NCBI RefSeq assembly: GCF_028641065.1
Contig: NC_073380.1
Coordinates: 81,158,001-81,222,000 of the forward strand
From: Leucoraja erinacea
Lineage: Eukaryota
DNA length: 64,000 nt
Direction of reading: 5' to 3'
Of this stretch, positions 37,804-50,399 are shown piece by piece; position 1 is the stretch's first letter; each line of letters opens with the position of its first letter. Position numbers and translations under genes: made by a program. A model generated the notes under the pieces. The model searched no databases. It was not told the DNA's origin and was given only the letters and a program-made list of their open reading frames with translations.

Positions 37804-37831
37804 CACAACATTAAATCAGCTCATAATAACT
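37804..37831 (+). promoter_or_regulatory. Degenerate 12-bp-spacer RSS of the divergent J
   Basis: CACAACA (37804-10, CAC intact) + 12 nt + ATAATAACT (37823-31; compare ACAATAACC of the proximal J). Confidence 0.65.
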
Positions 37832-39708
37832 GGTCGCTCATTGTTTAACCTCACAATCTCACATCCCCAGAATATAGCGGAATGACCTTGGACCTGACAC
37901 AGTAATTCCAGAGTTGCCCAAGCAGAGAATCAGAAGAGTCTGTCAGGCGATCACACCTATGCCTGCTAGTTCTAATTCAGTCCAGTTCTGTTTAGTGTAT
38001 TGTCACGTGTGCCGTTGTACAGTGAAACGTTCCTGTTATGTGCTATCCAGCCAGTAAAAACACAATACATGATTACAATCGAGCCATATTTACAAGTTTT
38101 ACAGTGCAATTGCAATGCCGTTCAAGGGAACGATGTTTAGTGCAAGGTAAGGCCAGCAAAGTCCCAACGTCCGAGGGGCATCAAAGAGGTACAGAGTAGT
38201 CCAGCACTGCTCTCTGCTTGTGGTAGGATGATTCATTTGCCTGATAACAACTGGCAAGAAATTGTCCCTGAATCTGGAGATGTGCGTTTACGCACTTCCA
38301 TATACTTTGCCTGATGGAAGAAGAGGTAGTGGGAGAAGAGGTAGTGGCCAGGGTGCGGCTCGTCCTTGATTATGCTGCTGGCCTTGCCGAGGCAGTGTGA
38401 GGTTTAAATGGAGTAAGTAGAAGGGAGGTTGGCTTATGGGTTGTCCTGGGCTACGTCCACAATTCGCTGCATTTATTGTGGTCTTGGATGGAGCATTGCT
38501 TCAAAGAGGCGTCCAATTAAATTTTCTAATTCCAATTAAGAGGCATCCAATTAAATTTTCTAATTCAAATTAAGAAGCTTCCATCATTGATCGGACGCCC
38601 AAAGGTTCAGTTGCACTGGGTGCACAATATACACTGTATGCCGATATGGGAAGCCACACTGAGGCAGGACGATGAGCAGAACGTGGGACTGATTTTAATT
38701 TATTGTAACCAGATAATCATTGAAGAGTGGCTGCCATTTAGTCCATTTGTTAAAGCACACCCAATTATTCCCATGCCCAGTTCTGTCCTTGATGCCTTGC
38801 CTATTATCTCCCTTGAATGGCTACCACGACACCGTACTTATTTTTGAGCTCTACCCATTTGGTGACGTGGCTGAGCCTTTCGTTATATTGTCCCTGGGTA
38901 CCACTGTTGCATACTCTCTGATTAGAAAGGCAATTCCTCCCATTCAATCATGTCTAAAACATTGAAACTACAGAACGTTGAGCAGGTAGTCCTATCCCTC
39001 TCGTAACCAAGTCTCCATAGTGGCCACAACTTCATAGTCCCATGCACTGATCCCAGCTCATTTGCTACACCTATAATAAGCCTTTATTGAAGTAATCAAG
39101 GTGTGCCCATTGGTTTCACTAGGTTGACTTGTGGGTCCTGAAGACTTTCCCACGGACAGGCCAGTTAATTAATGCTAAATAAGGAAGGTGAGTTGGTATT
39201 TTTGAAAATTCTGCATTCTTCTGCCTTTTTATTGCATTCCATTCACCCTACTAAGTCCACCCAGGTACCTGCAAAGCAATCCCACCAGTCCCATTTTCCT
39301 CCTCCTTATTCCCCTGTACTGTGCAATGTATTCTCTATCAAATACCCTAAATGACCCAATTTTGTTTCTTTTGCTATATAATGCATACAAATAGCCAATT
39401 AGCCTACCAGTGTGTCCTCAGGATGTACAGGGAAACCAGAGCACATGGGAAACACATTTTGACAACATGCAAGTTTGACACAGACTGGTCAGAATCAGAC
39501 CCAGGCACCTGGAGCTGTGATGCAGTACTGCTCACTACTGTGCCACCTCTCTTTACACTTTCCCTCAATTCACTTGATCACTTCCCCTCCGCTGCTCCCA
39601 AACGTGCTGTTCTATTTGGCACAAAGAGCTCATTGACATCCTGGGAGCTCTGAGAATATACTTGGAGTGCTTTCTTTGGCCTCCTGGTAGTCTCTTGGCT
39701 TGGTTGAG

Positions 39709-42612
39709 CAATGCCTGAAGGCTTTGTGTCTCAATGCAAGGAGCATTCGTAATAAGGTGGATGACTTGAATGTGCAGATAGCTATTAATGACTATGATAT
39801 AGTTGGGATCACGGAGACATGGCTCCAGGGTGACCAAGGCTGGGAGCTGAACATCCAGGGATATTCAATATTCAGGAGGGATAGACAGAAAGGAAAAGGA
39901 GGTGGGGTAGCGTTACTGATTAGAAAGGGGATTAATGCAATGGAAAGGAAGGACATTAGTTTGGAGGATGTGGTATCGGTATGGGTAGAGCTGCAAAACA
40001 CTAAGGGGCAGAAAACGCTGGTGGGTGTTGTGTACAGGCCACCTAACAGTAGTAGTGAAGTTGGAGATGGTATCAAACAGGAAATTAGAAATGCGTGCGA
40101 CAAAGGCAAAACAGTTATAATGGGTGACATCAATCTACATATAGATTGGGTGAATCAAATTGGCAGGGGTGCTGAGGAAGAGGATTTCTTGGAATGTATG
40201 CGGGATAGTTATCTAAATCAACATGTAGAGGAGCCAACGAGAGAGCAGGCTATTTTAGACTGGGTATTGAGTAATGAGGAAGGGTTAGTTAGCAATCTTG
40301 TTGTACGTGCCCCCTTGGGCAAGAGTGACCATAATATGGTTGAGTTCTTCATTAGGATGGAGAGTGACATTGTTAATTCAGAAACAATGGTTCTGAACTT
40401 AAAGAAAGGTAACTTTGAGGGTATGAGACATGAATTGGCCAAGATTGACTGGCAATTAATTCTAAAAGGGTTGACGGTGGATATGCAATGGAAGACATTT
40501 AAAGGCTGCATGGATGAACTACAAAAATTGTTCATACCAGTTTGGCAAAAGAATAAATCAGGGAAGGTAGTACATCCATGGATAACAAGGGAAATCAGGG
40601 ATAGTATCAAAGCGAAGGATGATGCGTACAAATTAGCCAGAAAAAGCAGCATACCGGAGGACTGGGAGAAATTCAAAGACAGGCAGAGGAGGACAAAGGG
40701 CTTAATTAGGAAAGGGAAAATAGATTATGAAAGAAAACTGGCAGGGAACATAAAAACTGACTGCAAATGTTTTTATAGATATATGAAAAGAAAGAGATTA
40801 GTTAAAACAAATGTAGGTCCCTTGCAGTCAGAAACAGGTGAGTTGATCATGGGGAACAAGGATATGGTGGACCAATTGAATAACTACTTTGGTTCCGTCT
40901 TCACTAAGGAAGACATAAATAATTTGCCGGAAATAGCAGGGGACCGCGGGTCAAAGGAGTTGGAGGAATTGAGTGAAATCCAGGTTAGCCGGGAAGTGGT
41001 GTTGGGTAAATTGAATGGATTAAAGGCCGATAAATCCCCAGGGCCAGATAGGCTGCATCCCAGAGTACTTAAGGAAGTAGCTCCAGAAATAGTGGATGCA
41101 TTAGTAATAATCTTTCAAAACTCTTTAGATTCTGGAGCAGTTCCTGAAGATTGGCGGGTAGCAAACGTAACCCCACTTTTTAAGAAGGGAGGGAGAGAGA
41201 AAATGGGGAATTACAGACCAGTTAGTCTAACATCGGTAGTGGGGAAACTGCTAGAGGCAGTTATTAAAGATGGGATAGCAGCACATTTGGAAAGTGGTGA
41301 AATCATTGGACAAAGTCAGCATGGATTTACGAAAGGTAAATCATGTCTGACGAATCTTATAGAATTTTTCGAGGATGTAACTAGTAGCGTGGATAGGGGA
41401 GAACCAGTGGATGTGGTGTATCTGGACTTCCAGAAGGCTTTCGACAAGGTCCCACATAAGAGATTAGTATACAAACTTAAAGCACAAGGCATTGGGGGTT
41501 CAGTATTGATGTGGATAGAGAACTGGCTGGCAAACAGGAAGCAAAGAGTAGGAGTAAACGGGTTCTTTTCACAATGGCAGGCAGTGACTAGTGGGGTACC
41601 GCAAGGCTCAGTGCTGGGACCCCAGCTATTTACAATATATATTAATGATCTGGATGAGGGAATTGAAGGCAATATCTCCAAGTTTGAGGATGACACTAAG
41701 CTGGGGGGCAGTGTTAGCTGTGAGGAGGATGCTAGGAGACTGCAAGGTGACTTGGATAGGCTGGGTGAGTGGGCAAATGTTTGGCAGATGCAGTATAATG
41801 TGGATAAATGTGAGGTTATCCATTTTGGTGGCAAAAACGGGAAAGCAGACTATTATCTAAATGGTGGCCGATTGGGAAAGGGGGAGATGCAGCGAGACCT
41901 GGGTGTCATGGTACACCAGTCATTGAAGGTAGGCATGCAGGTGCAGCAGGCAGTAAAGAAAGCAAATGGTATGTTAGCTTTCATTGCAAAAGGATTTGAG
42001 TATAGGAGCAGGGAGGTTCTACTGCAGTTGTACAGGGTCTTGGTGAGACCATACCTGGAGTATTGCGCACAGTTTTGGTCTCCAAATCTGAGGAAGGACA
42101 TTATTGCCATAGAGGGACTGCAGAGACGGTTCACCAGACTGATTCCTGGGATGTCAGGACTGTCTTATGAAGAAAGACTGGATAGACTTGGTTTATACTC
42201 TCTAGAATTTAGGAGATTGAGAGGGGATCTTATAGAAACTTACAAAATTCTTAAGGGGTTGGACAGGCTAGATGCAGGACGATTGTTCCCGATGGTAGGG
42301 AAGTCCAGGACAAGGGGTCACAGCTTAAGGATAAGGGGGAAATCCTTTAAAACCGAGATGAGAAGAACTTTTTTCACACAGAGAGTGGTGAATCTCTGGA
42401 ACTCTCTGCCACAGAGGGTGGTTGAGGCCAGTTCATTAGCTATATTTAAGAGGGAGTTAGTTGTGGCCCTTGTGGCTAAGGGGATCAGGGGGTATGGAGA
42501 GAAGGCAGGTACGGGATACCGAGTTGGATGATCAGCCATGATCATATTGAATGGCGGTGCAGGCTCGAAGGGCCGAATGGCCTACTACTGCACCTAATTT
42601 CTATGTCTCTAT
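39709..42612 (+). mobile_element. Young CR1 LINE with uninterrupted ORF2 (APE endonuclease + RT), lying between V and J
   Basis: 943-codon ORF 39700-42531 (NARSI, ITETW, GD.N, SDH; RT QGSVLGP, FEDD), CR1 3' UTR and tctatgt tail, GTTGAG duplicated at 39703-08 and 42613-18. Confidence 0.96.
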
Positions 42613-44320
42613 GTTGAGTCTGGAGCAGAATCTCTGCTCTGTAATGAATAAAAATGTGAAATTGTCCAAAAAATCTGGTGAGATTTAGTCTTGGCATGCA
42701 GGGTTTCCTACAACATGATTCACAAATGGTGTACAGCAAATAGTAAGGAAAATTAACAATGTTTTGTTTTACTACAAATGCATGGAGTGGTTAGATTGAC
42801 TTATGGGGAATGATTGCATTGGCTTGGCTGGAGCTTAGATGGTTGAAACGTCAGATCTTCGAGGGTGGTTGTTCCCTCTTATGGGAGAGTCTAGTGCCAT
42901 GGATCAGTGTTTATTAAGAAATATCATTCAGTTAAGAAGAGGTAAGGTGGATTTTTTTTCCTCTCCCAGATGGATTTGTGAGTCCTTGCAACTTTCTTCC
43001 TGAGAGAGTGTATTTTTAAGACGGAGGTAGGTAGACACCTGATGAAAACATTTCTACTCATCTCAGTCCCAAATTACTTATTTCAAATACTGACACTATG
43101 ACTCCAGTTCCAGAATCTTTCAGCGAGTGGAAATTGTAGATTGAGTGCATGTGAACCAATCACACACAAGCCAGCACCACTAACTCCACCCCTTCACAAC
43201 ACCCATACTAACACTCTTACTAATGCCCCACCCCGGGCACTTGGGTTCGAGCAGCTAGGGTGTACTGACGACCAGTTATCCTAGTGCTGCTAAGTGATTA
43301 TTAAAGACGTGTTTAAACCATGCAATGACTTTGGCACTTGTTTACAGAAATATTCTCACTGAATCAAGCATATTGAGCCCTGGAGTAGTTTTGTATAATT
43401 CAATGAGATATCTAATTTTACTGAATTTGAGAGAATACAAACTAATCAACCAAATCTCTTTTTAATACAACAGTACCATCAAGTGTCAAGGGGTAAGAGT
43501 GCTTAATTGTCACATGTACCGAAAACAAAGCAACAGCATAATAGGCCTGTGAATATAATACTCATAGATAACATATAATAAAGAAAAAAGAAAATAAAAA
43601 AAATAATAACCTCAGCAGTATTACATAAAATCCCAAAGTCCTTCGTATTTTGGCATTTTGTAGCATTCAAGAGATTGTTGGGAAGAAGCTATTCTTGAAC
43701 CTAGGGATTATGTTTTTCTGACGTATGCCTTATTCCTGATAATAGCAGTGAAATGAAAGGATGACCAAGGTGGTGTGGGTCTTCAATGGTAATCTGGCTG
43801 TCTTTTTAAGGCAGGGCCTTCTATAGACCCCTTTGATGATAGGGGGCGTATAAGGCTAGATACTGTCCGATCCACCTGTACCCCATTGAGGACACTGGAC
43901 TTTGCCTAAGGAACTGAGATGGAACAACGCTACAATGCTGAAAATGTAGCTTCCTCTTTGCACTGTCTATTGTACTTGAATTTGAACTGATTGTGTCAAT
44001 GTATGGCATATCTGATCTGTTTGGATAGCATACAAAACAATGTACCCATGTACCCAGTACATGTGATAATAATAAACCTAAATCTCCCTCATATGGTCCA
44101 ACTCATCATCGGTACTTTGTGCATATCTTTCATTCATTGTTCTTTATCTCTCCACATCACCATCTATACCTCTCGTTTTCCCTTATCCCTAACCAGTGTG
44201 AAGAAGGTGCTCGACCCGAAACGTCACCAATTCCTTCTCTCCGGAGATACTCCCTGTCCCGCTGAGTTACTCCAGTTTTTTGTGTCTATCTTCGGTTTAA
44301 ACCAGCATCTACAGCTCCTT

Positions 44321-45455
44321 CTTACACACTCATCATTACCAGTAATTTGTCTAACAACTGTGATGTTGCGGCAAATATAAAAATGGCGTTGGAATTGTAT
44401 CTGGCCACACAGTCATGCAGGAGTCGTGCTCCTGTGCAGAAGGTTATTGAAGAGGAATTCTTGCCAATCTGTTCTAATTGTGGTCTATTGATGAGGAAGT
44501 CAAGAATCCAATTAAAAAGGTGTATAGAAAGACCCAGTTCCCTGAACTTGATAAAAAGTTTGGAGGAGATGATGGTGTTGACCTCGGACTTGTAGTTGAC
44601 AAATAACAGCCTGATATATACCTTTTTATTATTACCATGAGATTACTGTGGGGGGGGGGGGGGGGGGGAGTGAAGACAGGTACAGGATACTGGGTTGGAT
44701 GATCAGCCATGATCATATTGAATGGAGGTGCAGGCTCGAAGGGCCGAATGGCCTACTCCTGCACCTATTTTCTATGTTTCTATGATGGCGGGTTTGGCCT
44801 CTTAAGAGGGATTCGGCAGACAAGATCTAAACTCTGTAGAATTTAGAAGAATGAGAGGAAATCTCATTGAATTTACTCGTTGGTAATGGGCAGGTGACAT
44901 TGATGTCGCCTTTGACTGGATTGTATGGAACCATGGCGGCACAGTGGCGCAGCTGTAGAGTTACTGCCTCACAGCCGTAGAGACCTGGGTTCGAACTTGT
45001 AACCACCTCCGGGTGCTGTCTCTACGGGGTTTGTACATTCTTCCTGTGACCGCATGTGTTTTCTCCGGGTACTCCAGTTTCCTCCCACATTCCAAAGACG
45101 TACAGGTTTTTATGTTAATGGGCTTTGGTAAAAAAACATTGTAAAGTTCCCTAGTGTGTAGGATAGTGCTAGTGTACGGAATGATCGCTGTTCGGGGCAG
45201 ACTCGGTGAGCCTAAAGGCCTGTTTCCACGCTGCATCACTGATGTCTAAAGTCATGGGTCACAATCACAAAGTATCTCACGGGTCAGCCATTCACGGTAG
45301 ACTTGAGAAGAATTTCATGGACATTTTCTCCAATGGGATGCCCAGTGGCCAAATATAACCAAGACAAAGATTGCTAGATGTTCAGGTGTTAACGACATTA
45401 AGAGATGTGGAACAAAGATGGCCCGAAGGTCATTCCGTCTTGTATAACTATGCCT
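44321..45455 (+). repeat. Internally deleted tandem copy of 45454-49231
   Basis: 44321-44650 matches 45454-45783 and 44672-45455 matches 48448-49231, with few substitutions. Confidence 0.9.
44935..45240 (+). mobile_element. Full-length tRNA-derived V-SINE (HE1-like); duplicate copy at 48711-49016
   Basis: A-box-like TGGCGCAGCTG, B-box-like GGTTCGAAC, V-domain core. Confidence 0.85.
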
Positions 45456-47484
45456 TACATACTCATCATTACCAGTAATTTGTCTAACAACTGTGATGTT
45501 GCGGCAAATATAAAGATGGTGTTGGAATTGTATCTGGCCACACAGTCATGCAGGAGTCGTGCTCCTGTGCAGATGGTTATTGAAGAGGAATTCTTGCCAA
45601 TCTGTTCTAATTGTGGTCTATTGATGAGGAAGTCAAGAATCCAATTAAAAAGGTGTATAGAAAGACCCAGTTCCCTGAACTTGATAAAAAGTTTGGAGGA
45701 GATGATGGTGTTAAACTCGGACTTGTAGTTGACGAATAACAGCCTGATATATACCTTTTTATTATTACCATGAGATTACTGTGCCATGGGGCATATTGTT
45801 GTTCTCCCTATCAGACCATGTGTAGAAAGCGTTTAGCTCTTGCTGGGAGTGTTGCCTCACTACCGTTGAGCCACCACTTGTGTTTGTCTTCCAGGAAGTG
45901 ACAGGATGCAAGCCCTGCCACAGCTGCTAATTGTTCCAATCACCCTCCAATTTAGAATGAAAGTGTCTCTTTGCAGTTTTGATAGCCTTATTAAAGTCAA
46001 ACCTGGACTACCTACACAAACCTACATTGCCCGACTGGAATGCCTAGTCCTCAGTAATTGCAGACATCCTGGTTCATTCATGGCTTCTGGTTGGGGAGCC
46101 CTCAGATGGTTTTGGTGAGAACACACTCCTCTACATATTTCATTATGAAGTTGGAAAAAATCATGGCGTAATCTTTTATGTCCAATGCCACTACTGAATG
46201 CAAGCAATTATGCAGTGGTTCCTCCCCCCGTCCCTAACCAGTTCTGTGTGCTGTTCTCACTGCTGGAGCTGCATTCTTCAGTCGCTGCCTATTTGCAGAA
46301 AGAAGAAGCAGAGCCAGGTGATCTGATTTCCAAAAGTGAGGCCAAAGAGGACACAATAGGCACCTTTGATAGGCATTCCAGATATCAGCTCCATGAACCT
46401 GGAATGTGGAGAAGATGTTACAATTAGCTCAACCACTGAATGGCAGAGTAGGCCAAGCGGTCTACCATTGCTCATAATGTGTATGTGGATCTGTTTGTAT
46501 GTCTATGTTGTGAGCCAGTTGCAAGTGATGTGACCTGGCTGACCACCATTTTTAGAGCCTTTATACTAAGAAGCTGGTCGTGGAGGACACTGATGTTCCT
46601 TTCTGGCTTACCTGGCCTGTGAATGTAAAGAACTTTGCAGAGACATTCTGTGTAACACGTGTCCAGTGCTGTAGATAATCTGTGTGTTTGAAGACAGTAA
46701 AATTAGGGCAAATATATAAGAAATAGGTGCAGCTAAAGGGCAAATGCACCACTGGGAGAACTGTTCTGTTATTCAATGAATTAATGACAGATCTAATCTT
46801 ACCCTCATTCTCACTTTCCTGTTTCTGCCTGCTATTTTTTAAATGACTTTGGCCAAAGCGACAAACAATAAGGCCCTGGTTTTGGTTTAAAATAAGGCAC
46901 CCGCTCCATAGCTGCTGCCGCACCCGCTGGGTTTCTCCACCAATTTTGTTGGAGAATTGCTTCGATTTTCCAGCATCTGCAGTTCCTTCTTGAACAAACA
47001 ATAAGGCCCGCAGCACCAACCTTGTTTTACATAACTAGCCACAGGTTTCTGGTCATAAAAAAGAACCAGTCATCCACCATTACTTTCTGCCGCTTGTTCC
47101 CAAGCCAATTTGCCAAATTACATTGGATCTCATCAACTCTAAACTTTTGGGCCCTCACAATGTGCTCAAACACCATGGATATGATGTTTGGGCACACGAC
47201 AATGTGGATATTAATATAGGAAGTATGATAAGTTAGTTTACAAATTATGTAGATACTGGTGGTGCTGTTGTTAGTGTGGAATGTAGTCAGGTTACAGAAG
47301 TTATAGATCATTTGGTAAAATAGGAGCGGACGTGGTGGATACAACATAACGTGGAACATGTAATGTCATCAAATAGATCAAAATAGAAAGCAGAGTTATT
47401 TTACTGGTGAGAGATTGAAGGGTGTTAGTGTTGAGATGGTTCAGGGGGGCCCTTTGCACAAAAATGGATGCTAATATAAAGATC

Positions 47485-47882
47485 TAACAAGCAAATAGTC
47501 CATCTCCGACCTCTCTGTCCTGGGTCTCCTCCATGGCCACAGCGAGCAGCACCGGAAATTGGAGGAACAGCACCTCATATTCCGTTTGGGGAGTCTGCAC
47601 CCCGGGGGCATGAACATCGAATTCTCCCAATTTTGTTAGTCCTTGCTGTCTCCTCCCCTTCCTCAGCCCCCCTGCTGTCTCCTCCCATCCCCCAGCCTTC
47701 GGGCTCCTCCTCCTTTTCCCTTTCTTATCCCCACCCACCCCCGCCCCCGATCAGTCTGAAGAAGGGTTTCGGCCCGAAACGTTGCCTATTTCCTTCGCTC
47801 CATAGATGCTGCTGCACCCGCTGAGTTTCTCCAGCTTTTTTGTGTAACCTTCGATTCTCCAGCATCTGCAGTTCCCTCTTAA
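47485..47882 (+). mobile_element. Penelope-like element 3' end with terminal repeat
   Basis: Encodes the GIY-YIG C-terminus (LEEQHLIFRLGSLHPGGMNIEF); mirrors 55988-56320. Confidence 0.85.
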
Positions 47883-48009
47883 AAACAGTATGTTAGCCTT
47901 TGTTGGTAAGGGGATTTGAGGCTTTCATGTAGTGCCCTGGTGTGATCACACCTGGAATATCTCCTTATTTAAGGATTCGAGGAAATTCACAATCATTTAC
48001 CAGACTGAA

Positions 48010-48560
48010 TCCTAATGTGAGGAAACACATTCTTGCCATAGAGGGAGTACAGAGAAGGTTCGCCAGACTGATTCCTGCGATGTCAGGACGTTCATGTGAA
48101 GAAAGACAGGATAGACTCGGCTCGTACTCGCTAGAATTTAGAAGATTGAGAGGGGATCTTATAGAAACTTACAAAATTCTTAAGGGGTTGGACAGGCTAG
48201 ATGCAGGAGGATTGTTCCCGATGTTGGGGAAGTCCAGGACAAGGGGGTCACAGTTTAAGGATAAGGGGGAATCTTTTAGGACCGAGATGAGAAAAACATT
48301 TTTCACACAGAGAGTGGTGAATCTCTGGAATTCTCTGCCACAGAAGGTAGTTGAGGCCGGTTCATTGGCTATATTTAAGAGGAAGTTAGATGTGGCCCTT
48401 GTGGTTAAAGGGATCAGCCCCCCCCCCCCCCCCCCCCCCCGTAGAGAGAAGACAGGTACAGGATACTGGGTTGGATGATCAGCCATGATCATATTGAATG
48501 GCGGTGCAGGCTCGAAGGGCCGAATGGCCTACTCCTGCACCTATTTTCTATGTTTCTATG
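48010..48560 (+). mobile_element. CR1 3' fragment
   Basis: ORF 47942-48478 is homologous to the C-terminus of the 943-aa ORF2. Confidence 0.88.
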
Positions 48561-49770
48561 ATGGCGGGTTTGTCCTCTTAAGAGGGATTAGGCAGACAAG
48601 ATCTAAACTCTGTAGAATTTAGAAGAATGAGAGGAAATCTCATTGAATTTACTCATTGGTAATGGGCAGGTGACATTGATGTCGCCTTTGACTGGATTGT
48701 ATGGAACCATGGCGGCACAGTGGCGCAGCTGTAGAGTTACTGCTTCACAGCCGTAGAGACCTGGGTTCGAACTTGTAACCACCTCCGGGTGCTGTCTCTA
48801 CGGGGTTTGTACATTCTTCCTGTGACCGCATGTGTTTTCTCCGGGTACTCCAGTTTCCTCCCACATTCCAAAGACGTACAGGTTTTTATGTTAATGGGCT
48901 TTGGTAAAAAAACATTGTAAAGTTCCCTAGTGTGTAGGATAGTGCTAGTGTACGGAATGATCGCTGTTCGGGGCAGACTCGGTGGGCCTAAAGGCCTGTT
49001 TCCACGCTGCATCACTGATGTCTAAAGTCATGGGTCCCAATCACAAAGCATCTCACGGGTCAGCCATTCACGGTAGACTTGAGAAGAATTTCATGGACAT
49101 TTTCTCCAATGGGATGCCCAGTGGCCAAATATAACCAAGACAAAGATTGCTAGATGTTCAGGTGTTAACGACATTAAGAGATGTGGAACAAAGATGGCCC
49201 GAAGGTCATTCCGTCTTGTATAACTATGCCTCCAGTTTCCGGGATGCATACTAATATAGGAAGTTTGATTGCCCCAAAAATCTTAAAGAACAGACTTTGA
49301 AGCCAAATATACAGAGGGAGGCGAAACCACATCGGGCAGCAGGTCTAGGACAGTGCCGTGGATAAAAGGGAGAGGGGTGCGGATACAGAGGAGAAGAACG
49401 AGATTTCCACGAACCTCATGGGGCTGAGGGTAGGGGTGAGGCAACCATTGTGGACTGTAAATAGGGCAGTGGACTTCGCCTGATCCCTGTGAGTGGGGGG
49501 TGGGGGGGGGGGGGGGGGGGGGGGGGGGGAGTCGATGCGTCGATATTTCACCCAATGCACTACCTGTAACCTTTTAGCGAGCGACCAATCATTCACTCTG
49601 TAAGTGTAAGTGTAATTGCATGAATGGCCGACGAGGCTCGTTTGGTGCTTTGGTTGCATTAGGTTGAAAACATCTTCATCTGAAGAGAGACGAAGGGGGT
49701 TTTCTTGTCAGTTGCGAATTCTGTGTGAGTCGGAAGTGGTATGTGTGATAAGCGTATTGAGGTGTGCGGA

Positions 49771-49809
49771 GGTTTTTGTAAGCGACGTCGGTTGCTGTTT
49801 AACTCTGTG
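49771..49809 (-). promoter_or_regulatory. 23-bp-spacer RSS of the J-proximal V
   Basis: On - strand: CACAGAG (49809-03) + 23 nt + ACAAAAACC (49779-71, perfect nonamer). Confidence 0.96.
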
Positions 49810-50103
49810 TATCCCAATATGCACAGAAATAGGTGGCGGAGTCATCTCTCTTGAGAGCGTCCACCGTTAGAGAATACTGTCCAGTCACAACAAGTCGCGC
49901 TGTAAATCTGTCCCCAAATCCATCATCCCGATTGTTGACCCCAGATTCATAATACAGGATCCTGACTGGCGCCTGGCCCGTTGGCTGCCGATACCAGTGG
50001 ATGACGCTCGCTTCGTTCATGTCACATGCGATTGTGACACTTTTACTTGCCATTGAGACGAGGGACATCTGTGGCTGTGTTATACCGTCAACAAGACATC
50101 TGC
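49810..50103 (-). CDS. TRGV: TRG V exon, ..DGITQPQMSLVSMASKSVTIACDMNEASVIHWYRQPTGQAPVRILYY...RFTARL...SLTVDALKRDDSATYFCAYWD
   Basis: Acceptor ttttctcttcgcag phase 1; V-set Cys, WYRQ and D.A.YFC motifs; IHWY and CA.W are typical of TRGV; abuts the 23-RSS. Confidence 0.95.
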
Positions 50104-50206
50104 CTGCGAAGAGAAAATTCACAAGTTGTACTTTAGAATGTAGAAACAAAGAACAAAACCCATAACTTTGTTTTCCAGACTGAAGATGGGAAATGAATTG
50201 ACATAC

Positions 50207-50246
50207 GGAGAAAAAACATCACGAAACAGACAGAGCACGGCCGCAT
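50207..50246 (-). CDS. TRGV: Leader exon of the J-proximal V, MRPCSVCFVMFFL
   Basis: caggATG start, hydrophobic peptide, donor C|gtatgt phase 1, 103-nt intron to the V exon. Confidence 0.88.
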
Positions 50247-50294
50247 CCTGGTTGTCGGGTTGTGACACGTCTGTCTCGACTTGGTCTGGCTACA

Positions 50295-50361
50295 TATAAA
50301 TACCGTCAATCCTCAAGTCCTACTTTCCCTCGATCAGACAGTCGCTTCCGTCACAAACCAC
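50295..50361 (-). promoter_or_regulatory. Candidate V promoter
   Basis: TATTTATA about 50 nt upstream of the ATG, preceded by GTGGTTTGTGACGGAAG (RUNX-like, half-CRE and ETS motifs). Confidence 0.45.
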
Positions 50362-50399
50362 GCCTTCTAACCTCGTTTCTAACCTTTCGAGATTTGTCT

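Noticed and set aside
39792-42545. Several - strand ORFs of 65-172 aa (similar shadows occur over the other LINEs)
   Set aside because: Antisense shadows of the CR1 ORF2 reading frame.
37832-49770. Search for D segments or further V genes between V and J
   Set aside because: No paired RSS or Ig V motifs seen by eye; the CACAGTG hits near 44940 and 48716 are SINE heads with no nonamer.
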